Position numbers and translations under genes: made by a program. DNA of 64,000 nt from Candidatus Limnocylindrus sp. (lineage in GTDB: Bacteria; Chloroflexota; Limnocylindria; Limnocylindrales; Limnocylindraceae), in contig JBBAWM010000001.1 in the NCBI GenBank assembly GCA_040397175.1, forward strand, positions 89,976-153,975, read 5' to 3'. Below, piece after piece: positions 35,416-44,599 of this stretch (positions within the stretch are counted from its first letter, which is position 1; each line of letters begins with the position of its first letter). The notes below the pieces were generated by a model. That model was not told where the DNA came from and made no database searches. It saw only the letters and a program-made list of their open reading frames with translations.

Positions 35416-36330
35416 GTGCGAACACTCCTGAAGGTCTTCCTCCCGCTCGCCCTCCTGCTGGCGGCGGTTGCCCCAGCGGCTGCTGCTGACGAGGTTCCGG
35501 CTCCAGACGCCACCCCAGAGGCGGTGATGTACTCAGTCGGCGGCTATAGCGGCACACTTCCGATCGCCTCTCCCGCGGATGCACATGCCGCGGTGCTTGC
35601 CGCTGGCGGGCCATTCGCCGATTTCACCTACAACGACGGCGCGCTGATTGGCGCCACGAAGTACTACGACGTCAAGGGCGAACCAGGAGGCTCGGCCACA
35701 TGGATTGTGGTCTACACCTACGGTTGGAACGACTGCAACGCGGGCTGCATCAACGGACATAGCTTTGTGTATCAGGTCGACCCACTGACTGGCGCAGCAA
35801 CCTTTGATAGCCACCAGGGCGATGTACTGCCTGCCGACGCACCAGCAGAGCTGGTCGCGATCACCGGTCGCAGCGGCGGCGTCGTGCCGGAGGCGTACTG
35901 GCGCACACTTACCGGTGAGCCGAGCGCCTGCCCAGAGGGAATCACCGATCCAAATGCACCAATTTCGAGTGACACTGTTCTGCCGTGCCTGCTGCCAGAC
36001 GGCTCACTCTTCCCAGATGTGATGGCCGCAAATTCTGGTGGCGGGAACGACTTGGCCACGATGTACAGCACTTGGATGGAAGAGTTTCGCGCAAGCCTTG
36101 AGCCGTGCGCTGAGGGTGTTGACGTGACCGATCCAACCATTGCGCCATGCCTGCTGGCGGACGGCACGGTCGTTGGTGCAATGCCACTCTTTGCCATCAT
36201 GGACAAGGCCGGAGTTGGCGAGCAGGACAACAGCTGGACCACCACACTGCCAACCATCATCTTGGCGGCACTGCTCGCTTGGATCGGTGCTGCGGCACTC
36301 GTTGGTCGATCGAAGCGCCGCGCCGCGTAA
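35416..36330 (+). CDS. Secreted, C-terminally anchored hypothetical protein with GWxDCxxGCI motif and two Cys mini-repeats
   Basis: Signal peptide ending AAAA; SD GAGGTG; C-terminal TM followed by RSKRR. Confidence 0.8.
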   Translation: MRTLLKVFLPLALLLAAVAPAAAADEVPAPDATPEAVMYSVGGYSGTLPIASPADAHAAVLAAGGPFADFTYNDGALIGATKYYDVKGEPGGSATWIVVYTYGWNDCNAGCINGHSFVYQVDPLTGAATFDSHQGDVLPADAPAELVAITGRSGGVVPEAYWRTLTGEPSACPEGITDPNAPISSDTVLPCLLPDGSLFPDVMAANSGGGNDLATMYSTWMEEFRASLEPCAEGVDVTDPTIAPCLLADGTVVGAMPLFAIMDKAGVGEQDNSWTTTLPTIILAALLAWIGAAALVGRSKRRAA

Positions 36331-36333
36331 CTC

Positions 36334-36380
36334 GCGGCTCGCGCGCACAAGGAGCTACCGGGCGACCCCGGCCGAGCCGC
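36334..36380. terminator. Stem-loop between convergent genes
   Basis: GCGGCTCG...CGAGCCGC outer stem with inner CCGGG/CCCGG; no U-tract. Confidence 0.35.
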
Positions 36381-36388
36381 TCAGGCGG

Positions 36389-36865
36389 TCAGGTTGGGGT
36401 CGTTCCCCATTCGTAGTTCTGCTTCAAGATTCGCAGGTAGACGAACGTCTCGGTTTCAAGCACGCCAGCGATGGAGCGCAGTCGATCGGTGAGGAAGGTG
36501 AGCAGCGCATCATTGTCTTCGCAGACCACTTCGATCAGTAGGTCGTAGGCGCCAGCCACCACCACGCAGTAGCTCACCTCGGGGAGCTCTTCGAGCTCCT
36601 TGGCGGTGGTGAGGAGTGCGGCGGGAGTGCAGCGCACACCGATCATGGCCATCAGCGGGTAGCCAACCTTGAGCGGATCGGCCACGGCGATGACCTTGAG
36701 TGCACCGCGATCAACGAGCCCCTTGTACCGAGCGCGGATGGTTGACTCGGGGACACCGAATGCGGCGGCGATTTCCGTGAAGGGCTTGCGGCCATCGGCC
36801 TGCAGGACCTCCATCAGGCGACGATCGAGGTCGTCGAGCGCTCCGTGGTTGCTCCCTCGTGCCAT
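36389..36865 (-). CDS. Lrp/AsnC family transcriptional regulator
   Basis: LDDLDRRLMEVLQADGRKPFTEIA HTH; GAYDLLIEV RAM domain; SD-like GGGGTGA before ATG 36865. Confidence 0.93.
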   Translation of the reverse strand: MARGSNHGALDDLDRRLMEVLQADGRKPFTEIAAAFGVPESTIRARYKGLVDRGALKVIAVADPLKVGYPLMAMIGVRCTPAALLTTAKELEELPEVSYCVVVAGAYDLLIEVVCEDNDALLTFLTDRLRSIAGVLETETFVYLRILKQNYEWGTTPT

Positions 36866-36945
36866 CTCACCCCCTGTAGTGCGTTGACGCCGCCACGGCG
36901 TCTGCGGGGCAGATGGCCCAGCGGGGCGAAGGCTACCATCAGCGG

Positions 36946-38385
36946 GTGATACGTGGCCCACTCCTCCTCGCGCGCGCCCTTCTGGCAAATGTTCGTTTTG
37001 CCGTGCTCCAGATCGGCGTAATCGCCCTCGCCGCCACGGTTGGCATCGCGCTCCGCCAGCTCCCCGACTACGCACTGCAGAACGCTGGCGATTACGCCAC
37101 CGAGATGGCGAAGCTGCGTGCCACCTACGAGCCCACACTTGGGCCACTGGTGGGGATCTTCGAGCGCCTCGGCCTCTTCCGGGTCTTCACCTCGCCCTGG
37201 TTTACGGCCCTGCTGGTGCTCCTCACCGTGTCGATCGTTGTCTGCACCTGGGACCGACTCCCCAAGATCGCAGCGGCGACGGCGCCATCGCGACCAGAGC
37301 AGCCCGACACATTCTTCTCCCCGTCACTTCCTGGACGTGGCGTGATCGACCTCCCCGCCGCGCTACCAGTTGATGCCACCCTTGGCCACCGGGCGACCGC
37401 TGCGGCCGCCGAGGCGAAACTTAACGGCTGGGAGGTGAGCGTTGCCGCCGACCCAGAGCGCAGCGGTGGTCTCCTCCTTCATGCAGACCGGTTCCGCCGT
37501 TCGGGTCGCTTCACGCTGGTGATGCACACAGGGTTAGTGGTGATGCTGCTCGGCGCGGCAGCTTCGGGAATCTTTGGGTACACCCAAGGGATCTTGCTGA
37601 CAGATGGCGAGGCACTACCCGTGGGGAAGATCGGCACTGCAGACGGCCTCGTAATCGTGAACCACTCCTTCAGCGCACCGCGAACCTCGACAGGCGCATT
37701 TGCCGATTTCGCTACCGATCTTGGCGTCTATGTTGGTGGGGAAGAGGTGGCGCGACAGAGGGTGCGCGTCAATGAGCCGCTCTCCTACAACGGTTGGAGC
37801 TTCCACCAGAACTTCTTTGGACCAGCCGCGCGACTCGAGATTCGTGACGATACTGGTGCACTGCTCTGGTCGGGTGATGCTCCCTTCTCGGCGCAGGTCG
37901 ACGGGGCGCCGTATGCGACCCTGCCGATCCCCGGGAGCAGCGCAGGAATCGAGATGCAGTTACGTCGAGATGCAAGCGGCGTCGCCGCGATCTTTATCGT
38001 CGCGAGTGCCCCAGATCTCGGCGCTACACCCGCGGACGACGGTTCACTGCCCCTCAAGACGATCTTCGCCTCGGTCCTTGCTGAGGGCGACATCGCAACT
38101 GCGCCTGGTGCGGGCTTCAGTGTCTATCTTCGTGAGATCACTTCGTATACGGGGATCATTGCGCGACGTGATCCAGCGTCACTCATCATCTGGATTGCGG
38201 CAGCGCTGATCATGGGTGGCCTCATGCTGACCCTTCGTCGGCCGCGCGCGCGCCTCTGGTTGCAGATTCGCCCTGGCATCAGCACCGTGCCCATCGTGCT
38301 CCTTACGGAACGGGGCGCCGATCCGGTTCAATATGGCGCCATCATTCAGCGGATCACGCGTCATTTAGGGGAAGAGGGGGCGTAA
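36946..38385 (+). CDS. resB: Cytochrome c biogenesis protein ResB/Ccs1
   Basis: LGLFRVFTSPWF..LLTVSIVVCT..R; conserved His in MHTGLVVMLLG; RVNEPL; RDP; start placed at GTG 36946 from the -10 box 6 nt upstream. Confidence 0.85.
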   Translation: MIRGPLLLARALLANVRFAVLQIGVIALAATVGIALRQLPDYALQNAGDYATEMAKLRATYEPTLGPLVGIFERLGLFRVFTSPWFTALLVLLTVSIVVCTWDRLPKIAAATAPSRPEQPDTFFSPSLPGRGVIDLPAALPVDATLGHRATAAAAEAKLNGWEVSVAADPERSGGLLLHADRFRRSGRFTLVMHTGLVVMLLGAAASGIFGYTQGILLTDGEALPVGKIGTADGLVIVNHSFSAPRTSTGAFADFATDLGVYVGGEEVARQRVRVNEPLSYNGWSFHQNFFGPAARLEIRDDTGALLWSGDAPFSAQVDGAPYATLPIPGSSAGIEMQLRRDASGVAAIFIVASAPDLGATPADDGSLPLKTIFASVLAEGDIATAPGAGFSVYLREITSYTGIIARRDPASLIIWIAAALIMGGLMLTLRRPRARLWLQIRPGISTVPIVLLTERGADPVQYGAIIQRITRHLGEEGA

Positions 38386-39977
38386 TGGCGTCGCTACGCG
38401 AGCTCGTGCAGACGCTCCTTCCCAACGCCGTGCCGCTGGCAAAGGTGCGCGAAGAATCGATGGCACGCACCGTCACCTGGGTGCGCGTGATGCGCATGCG
38501 TCTTCCGGCCTTCGATGGCATGGAGTCGGGAGATCTGGCGTTGATTCCACTCGCACTCCTCACTGCGGCGGCCCCCGACACACAGGCGCGCGCCGATCTA
38601 GTGGAGTACCTCGCAGAGAACGGGAGTACCGGCATCTTGCTCATCGGCGATGAACAGCTGGGCGCTACGGAGGCGAGGGCACGCGCTGAACTCGCTCAGG
38701 CCGCCGAACGGAACGGGCTCCCCTGTCTCGCCGTGCATGGCGTGGAGTCAGCGCAGCTGGAGCGCAGCCTCATTGGCGCGGTCGTCAATCGTCGAGCCGA
38801 ACTTGAGCGACAGGCCGTTGGGCTCGAGCGCCAGATTGCGGCCCTAGCACTCGATGGCCAGGGGCTAGAGGCGCTCGTCGGTGCACTCGCCGCATTCATC
38901 GGCCGCGCGGTGGCCCTTGAGGCGCGCGGTGGCGTCTCACTAGCCGTTGTGGCCCCGGCCGGCCTCCCCTCAAGTGCCGCCGCGGCGAAGGCGGTCTCGC
39001 ACTACCTCTCCAAGAGCCGACCAACCGGACAGCGCATCCCGCTGCCAGCCGTACCGGGAGCGCCAGAGGGCGAGCGGGAACTCGACGAAGGGCTCGAAGA
39101 GTCGCCACTCGGTGATGAAGAGGCGGAACGGCCCGGCTCCATCATTCTGCTCGGCGACGAACCGGTCGGCGAGCGCGATCGTATCGCCTGCGAGCGCGTC
39201 GCCCCGCTTCTTGCCCTCGAGATCGTCCGCGTTGCCGCCGAACTTCCTGCCAATGCGGGTCGCGGGGAGGCGCGCACGCTGCCGGCGGAGGGACCACCCT
39301 GGGTGGCCATCGCGGCACGCCAGCCGCGGCCACACGAGGCCGATGTTCCAGGGCTCCGGCGTGAACTACGCCTACTCGCGAGCCCACGCCGTTTCATGTT
39401 GCGCGGAAGTAACGAGAGCCTCGAGGTGCGCATTATTGCCGTGGCTGACGCGAGCGATCCTGGCGCCGCAGAATCTGCACGAAAGGTCGCCAAGCGACTG
39501 AAGCGACCGGTCGCCGTGTCGCGTCCATTCACCGAAGCTTCGGCACGACCCGCCGCCGAGGCGGAGGCGCGAGCCGCACTTGAATCGCTGGAGCGTCGCA
39601 TCGGCGGTCGTGCCGGCAGCGGAGGTGAGCAGGTCGTGCGCGCCGAACTCCTCCCCGCCCATCAACTGCTCGGCTCCGTCATGACCATCCCGGAAGGGCG
39701 ACGTCTCGCGCTCGCACTCCTTGGGCCGCTCCTTGTTGGCACAGCCGCTGCCCGTCGCCAGCGCATCGAAACGGTCCGCGCCATCCTCGACGCCCCCGGC
39801 TCTTCTGAGGCAAGCAGCTCACTCGGTGTGCATCGCAACACCACCGCCTACCGCCTCAAGCGTATTGAAGAGGTAACAGGGTGGGACCTGCGCGAGCCTG
39901 ACCTTCGTCTCGCCCTCTCGTTGGCGCTTCGCATCTTGGATGCTGAAGGTGGCTTTGATGGGGGCACCAGCGAGTAG
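38385..39977 (+). CDS. PucR/CdaR family transcriptional regulator
   Basis: N-terminal PucR-like domain (RTVTWVRVM); C-terminal LGVHRNTTAYRLKRIEEVTGWDL HTH. Confidence 0.88.
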   Translation: MASLRELVQTLLPNAVPLAKVREESMARTVTWVRVMRMRLPAFDGMESGDLALIPLALLTAAAPDTQARADLVEYLAENGSTGILLIGDEQLGATEARARAELAQAAERNGLPCLAVHGVESAQLERSLIGAVVNRRAELERQAVGLERQIAALALDGQGLEALVGALAAFIGRAVALEARGGVSLAVVAPAGLPSSAAAAKAVSHYLSKSRPTGQRIPLPAVPGAPEGERELDEGLEESPLGDEEAERPGSIILLGDEPVGERDRIACERVAPLLALEIVRVAAELPANAGRGEARTLPAEGPPWVAIAARQPRPHEADVPGLRRELRLLASPRRFMLRGSNESLEVRIIAVADASDPGAAESARKVAKRLKRPVAVSRPFTEASARPAAEAEARAALESLERRIGGRAGSGGEQVVRAELLPAHQLLGSVMTIPEGRRLALALLGPLLVGTAAARRQRIETVRAILDAPGSSEASSSLGVHRNTTAYRLKRIEEVTGWDLREPDLRLALSLALRILDAEGGFDGGTSE

Positions 39978-40034
39978 ATCCAAACCTGTTTGGGCTCACA
40001 GGATCCGATTTCGGGTAGGCGGTAGAATCAGGTC

Positions 40035-42851
40035 ATGGAACGTAAGGCGGCATCTCGAATGACGCTCCGTCGCGCCATTGCGCTCGCAGGGGCCGCCCTC
40101 CTCTGCTTCTCTGGCGTAGTGGGCGTGGCGGGCGTCAACCCGACCCCAGCGGCCGCCGCAACCTTCGTGCAGAAGCCGTGCACCGATTGGAAGAGCGAAA
40201 TCTCACCTCCCGATACGATCCGTGTGCTTCGAACGAACACCGGCGTCGTAGAAGAGATCCCCTTCAAGCTCTATGTCTACCGCACCCACGTGGCCGAGTT
40301 CTACACCGAATACAAGGCCAGCCCCTATAGCGATGCACTCCTTGGCGTTGCTGCCATCGCGATCAAGCAGAACGCGTGGTCCTGGACCATGGCGCGTGCT
40401 GACGGCGAGCGCAATTGGTGGGCTGTTTCGAGCTCCACCGCGACGCAGCAGGAGTGGGTCCGTGGGGATCTTGCCGATGACGGACTCCTCAACGGAACGT
40501 TTGGGCAGGAGGGACTCTCGAAGTCGGAGCGAGCCAACAAGAATTTTCAGTATCGCGTGGCAATGCGGATTCGCTTCGGAGTCGACCTCCTCAATGACGG
40601 GATCGGTGGCCTTGTTCGCGATGACGCGGCGGGACACTACACGGCACCACTCGCCGTGTACAACGAGAGTGGCGGGATCGTGCCAGTCGCATCGCTGCCA
40701 GCCGATACCCCCCGCTCGTGCTTCGACATCACCGACGAGCCCTCCATCAACCAGATCTATCGAACGGGTGGTATCTACGATCCAGGCTGGGTCTCGGGGA
40801 GCCGGAGCACTGCGCGATACAACGCCGCCGTCGACGCCACGTGGGGAATCACCGTCCAGCGACTCAAGGACGATGGCAAGTGGTACTTCGCGAACCCAGG
40901 TTTCTATGGATCGTGGGATGGGGGTGGCGGTGTCTTCACCGGATGTCTCGCGCCACCACGCACGGGCCAGGATGGGATCCCCTTGCGGCACGCCAAGCAG
41001 CCAGGGCACTATCGCGGGGTCTCACTCTTCGTCATGAATGCGGACACTTGTGCGAAAGAGCACGACCTCTCGGTGGAAGAGCTGATCCGCTACGTGTGGT
41101 ACACCGTTGACGGCACCGCTACGGGTGAGACCTCGTATAGCAAGCCGGGCTCACGCGCCTACAAGTACCACATCAACTGGATCGAGCCAAACCGCATCAT
41201 CTCGCCAGGCATTGATGTCACCGGTGATGGAAAGGGTGACTTCACCGCAATCGGTGCGGACGGCTCCATCAAATTCCTCTCGGCAGACAAGTACGTCGGA
41301 AAAAATGGCCGCTTGCGCAACCGCGTTCCAGGGGTCGTGCCCGCACTGCCTGGCGCCGCCCTCATCGACCGCGATATTGCCCGAACAGAGCGCGATGGTG
41401 GCCTTTCCGTGCTCAGCCTGTGGCGCGCAACCAACGGAGCGGTCAGCCTCATCAAGACGCCGATCTCCAGCGGCGTCCTGGGCACCTCGGTCACCATCCT
41501 GGACGCGTACACCGGCTTTGATACGACGGCACACCTTGCCCTCGATATTGCCGACACCTCGGCTGACATCATCCAGGAGTTCTTCATCACCGAGCGCACG
41601 CCAGACCTGACCGACGCCACTACCGCGCGACTCCGCCTCTTCGAGGTCAACACTGCTGGGCCACCAACGCAACTGATCGACACACCGACTGGTCCCGATG
41701 CAGTCACGCTGCTGCGAGATATCACACGAGATGGCGTGCCAGACGTCACGGTACTCTGGCGCGCGAGCGACGGGGCACTCATGGCGGCAGCGGCGGCTGG
41801 ATCGCTGAGCTACACGCCAAACACCCATTGGACGCTCGGCGCCTTGATTACCCCTGGCGCGCTGCTCTGGCCCATCGCCAGGGACTGGAGCGTCACCGCT
41901 ACCGACGCGCTGGGCGATACCGGCGCGGAACTCTATCTCAGCTATCGCGACCTCAAGGGGATCGGCCACATCGTGCGCCTGTCAATGAGTGAGATCCTCG
42001 ACCTTGGAAACCTGCCGGCCGTCAGCCCCGATCTGGTTTTCACCCCTGAAACCGCCCCACTGCAAACAACCACCGTGAAGAGAGGTGAGAGCACTCTCGC
42101 TAAGGTAGCGGCACGACTTGGTTACAAGAGTGGCACCACTGCCTACAGCCAGTTCTTTGCGTTGAATGCGGGTCCCGTGCGACAAGAGACGATTCGCAAA
42201 GGTGACACCTACGCGAAGATCGCAAAACGCGTTGGGCGTACTGAGGGATGCCTACGATCAATGAATCCGACGAGTGCAAGGGTTGCCTACCCAGCGAAGG
42301 TCTTGGTTGTCGGGAAGCGGGTCAACGTTCCCGTGGATACCACATGTGTCTACACGGCAAAGAGTGTCATGTACCGCACTGCACCCGTACGCATTCTCGC
42401 TGGAGAGGTCGATTGGTTGCGCCCAGGTGATACCTGGGAGGCCGTCGCAACGCGTGCCGCCACCATCGGCGTAACGGTGGACGCAGCGGGCCTCGCCGCG
42501 CTGAACCCAACGATTGATCTGACCACCGCCACCGCAGGTACCGAGATTCGGATCCGTGCCCCGTGGACCGCCGTCGTGCGCAGCAACGTACCCGCCACTA
42601 CCTTCGCAGTGGGAACACGCACGTACGCGTGGGGGAGCCCGCTCGAGGTGTGGAAGGCCGCCGCCTCAGGGAGCGTGCCGAAGCTAATGGTCCGCGACTG
42701 GACCGGCGACGGGATCCTCGACCTCTTCTTTACGAGCGTCTCCTCTACGGGAACCGTCACCCTCGAGCGCCTCGGCTACTCGAGCGGCCGGCTGGTGCAG
42801 AAGGAGAAGGTCACGCGCACCTCGGTCGGCAAGGGTTGGACGTTGCAGTAG
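40035..42851 (+). CDS. Large secreted protein: SpoIID/LytB-like domain, FG-GAP-like repeats and three LysM-like domains
   Basis: Signal peptide; PPDTIRV..IPFKLYV..AEF..AAIAIKQNAW; DVTGDGKGD, DITRDGVPD and DWTGDGILD repeats; VKRGESTLAKVA, IRKGDTYAKIA and LRPGDTWEAVA. Confidence 0.7.
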   Translation: MERKAASRMTLRRAIALAGAALLCFSGVVGVAGVNPTPAAAATFVQKPCTDWKSEISPPDTIRVLRTNTGVVEEIPFKLYVYRTHVAEFYTEYKASPYSDALLGVAAIAIKQNAWSWTMARADGERNWWAVSSSTATQQEWVRGDLADDGLLNGTFGQEGLSKSERANKNFQYRVAMRIRFGVDLLNDGIGGLVRDDAAGHYTAPLAVYNESGGIVPVASLPADTPRSCFDITDEPSINQIYRTGGIYDPGWVSGSRSTARYNAAVDATWGITVQRLKDDGKWYFANPGFYGSWDGGGGVFTGCLAPPRTGQDGIPLRHAKQPGHYRGVSLFVMNADTCAKEHDLSVEELIRYVWYTVDGTATGETSYSKPGSRAYKYHINWIEPNRIISPGIDVTGDGKGDFTAIGADGSIKFLSADKYVGKNGRLRNRVPGVVPALPGAALIDRDIARTERDGGLSVLSLWRATNGAVSLIKTPISSGVLGTSVTILDAYTGFDTTAHLALDIADTSADIIQEFFITERTPDLTDATTARLRLFEVNTAGPPTQLIDTPTGPDAVTLLRDITRDGVPDVTVLWRASDGALMAAAAAGSLSYTPNTHWTLGALITPGALLWPIARDWSVTATDALGDTGAELYLSYRDLKGIGHIVRLSMSEILDLGNLPAVSPDLVFTPETAPLQTTTVKRGESTLAKVAARLGYKSGTTAYSQFFALNAGPVRQETIRKGDTYAKIAKRVGRTEGCLRSMNPTSARVAYPAKVLVVGKRVNVPVDTTCVYTAKSVMYRTAPVRILAGEVDWLRPGDTWEAVATRAATIGVTVDAAGLAALNPTIDLTTATAGTEIRIRAPWTAVVRSNVPATTFAVGTRTYAWGSPLEVWKAAASGSVPKLMVRDWTGDGILDLFFTSVSSTGTVTLERLGYSSGRLVQKEKVTRTSVGKGWTLQ

Positions 42852-42869
42852 GGGCAAAACCGCCCGTTC

Positions 42870-42885
42870 TTGTGCAAGATCACAA
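42870..42885. promoter_or_regulatory. Inverted repeat TTGTG-N6-CACAA upstream of glnA (candidate operator)
   Basis: Palindromic arms about 45 nt upstream of the putative -10 box TATTCT (42930-42935). Confidence 0.4.
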
Positions 42886-43022
42886 TCTAGTCACCCCTTA
42901 AACCGCACCCCAGCCCAACCGAAACACCGTATTCTCCTGCTGACGGCTTCTCTCCTGGCTTGCAGGGGGTGAAATCTGTGCCGTACGCACAAGATTCGGG
43001 CACTGCCCGGTGGAGGGGGATC

Positions 43023-44405
43023 ATGTCGAAGGGGTATGGAGCACGCACCGAGGCCGAAACCAAGGCGGCGCTCGCCACCGTAGCCAAGGCCGAGAAGACC
43101 GGCATCCGCACAGTGCAGCTGCAGTTCGTGGACCTGCACGGCATTACGAAGAGCGTGCAGATCCCGATCCACATGATGCCGAACGCCATCAAGCACGGCA
43201 CCTGGTTCGACGGCTCGTCGGTCGAGGGCTTCACCCGCATCGCCGAGAGCGATCAGATGCTGCGACCCGACATGGACACGTGGCGCATTCTGCCGTGGGC
43301 TCCCGCCGAGAGCGGCGCGGGCACGGCGCGCGTGATCTGCGACGTGCTCCTTCCCGACGGCACCCCATTCGCGGGCGATCCGCGCGGCGTGTTGCGCCGA
43401 CAGGTCGAGCGAGCCGAGAAGCTCGGCTACAAGGTGAACATGGGGCCAGAGTTGGAGTTCTTCCTCTTTGAGTACGGCGCCGATGGGCATCCAGTCACCA
43501 AGCCGCATGACAAGGCTGGCTACTTCGACTTCACCGGTGACCAGGGCATTGAGGTTCGCCAAGACATGGTCGACGCCCTCGAAGCGCTCGGCATCAAGAT
43601 TGAAACGGCGCACCACGAGGTGGCACCGGGCCAGCACGAGATTGACTTCGAGTATTCGGACTCGCTCTCGACCGCCGACAACGCCACCACCTTCAAGTAC
43701 GCGCTGAAAGAGATTGCAAAGCAGCACGGGCTTTACGCTAGCTTCATGCCGAAGCCGATCTACGGCATCAACGGATCGGGCATGCACACGCACATCAGCC
43801 TTGCCAGCTTGAAGACGGGGAAGAACGTCTTCTACGACGCAAAAGATAAGTACAGCCTGTCGCCGATCGCGAAGTCGTACATGGCCGGCATCCTCAAGCA
43901 TGCGCGATCAATGATTGCGGTGTTGGCGCCAACGGTGAACTCGTACAAGCGGCTCGTTCCCGGATACGAAGCGCCAACCTACCTGGTATGGGGGCGACGC
44001 AATCGTTCAGCGCTGATTCGCGTGCCGATGATCTCGGCGGGCCGTTCGGTTGAGGCAACGCGCATGGAGTTGCGCTGCCCAGACCCATCGGCGAACCCGT
44101 ATCTCGCCTTCGCGGTGATGATCGCGGCGGGCCTCGATGGCATCGAGAAGAAGATGGTGCTGCCAGACCCGGTCGAGGAGTCGCTCTATGAGATGGACTC
44201 GGTGCGCGTTGCCCAGAAGGGAATCCAGGAGCTGCCAGGAAGCCTGATCGAGGCGATTGAAGAGCTCAAGGCCGATCCAGTTGTTTGCGGCGCGCTTGGT
44301 GAGCACGTGCTCTCGCACTTCCTTGACGCCAAGCAGGCGGAGTGGGACGAGTACCGAACGCACGTATCGAACTGGGAGGTTGAGCGCTACCTCGAGCTCT
44401 ACTAG
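43023..44405 (+). CDS. glnA: Glutamine synthetase type I (GSI-alpha)
   Basis: FDGSSVEGF, GPELEFFLF, HHEVAPGQHEI, FMPKP..NGSGMH, KRLVPGYEAP and NRSALIRVP motifs; SD GGAGG. Confidence 0.97.
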   Translation: MSKGYGARTEAETKAALATVAKAEKTGIRTVQLQFVDLHGITKSVQIPIHMMPNAIKHGTWFDGSSVEGFTRIAESDQMLRPDMDTWRILPWAPAESGAGTARVICDVLLPDGTPFAGDPRGVLRRQVERAEKLGYKVNMGPELEFFLFEYGADGHPVTKPHDKAGYFDFTGDQGIEVRQDMVDALEALGIKIETAHHEVAPGQHEIDFEYSDSLSTADNATTFKYALKEIAKQHGLYASFMPKPIYGINGSGMHTHISLASLKTGKNVFYDAKDKYSLSPIAKSYMAGILKHARSMIAVLAPTVNSYKRLVPGYEAPTYLVWGRRNRSALIRVPMISAGRSVEATRMELRCPDPSANPYLAFAVMIAAGLDGIEKKMVLPDPVEESLYEMDSVRVAQKGIQELPGSLIEAIEELKADPVVCGALGEHVLSHFLDAKQAEWDEYRTHVSNWEVERYLELY

Positions 44406-44599
44406 GTAGGCGTTGATCGGCTTTCGCCCACTCTTGTCCCTCTTGGGGGGCGGAGTGGGCGTCTGCATTCGACAGCAACTCCGCGAATGGGACGTGAGGC
44501 GGTCTCACACGATATGTGCCGTATGTTTATTCGGGGGCCCGAAGCTGGCGGGCATAGGGCCCCTTACTTCCAACGGCTCCTCGAGCTGATCCTGGCTGC
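44406..44599. ncRNA. Candidate structured non-coding RNA or complex terminator region of unknown family
   Basis: Closing stem GATCGGCT/AGCTGATC encloses four hairpins; unusually long non-coding gap for this window. Confidence 0.4.

Noticed and set aside
44470-44525. Partial resemblance to a c-di-GMP-I riboswitch (GCAA..GGGACG..GGTCT)
   Set aside because: It lacks the GAAA tetraloop/receptor and GCAAA junction and is not upstream of a co-oriented gene.
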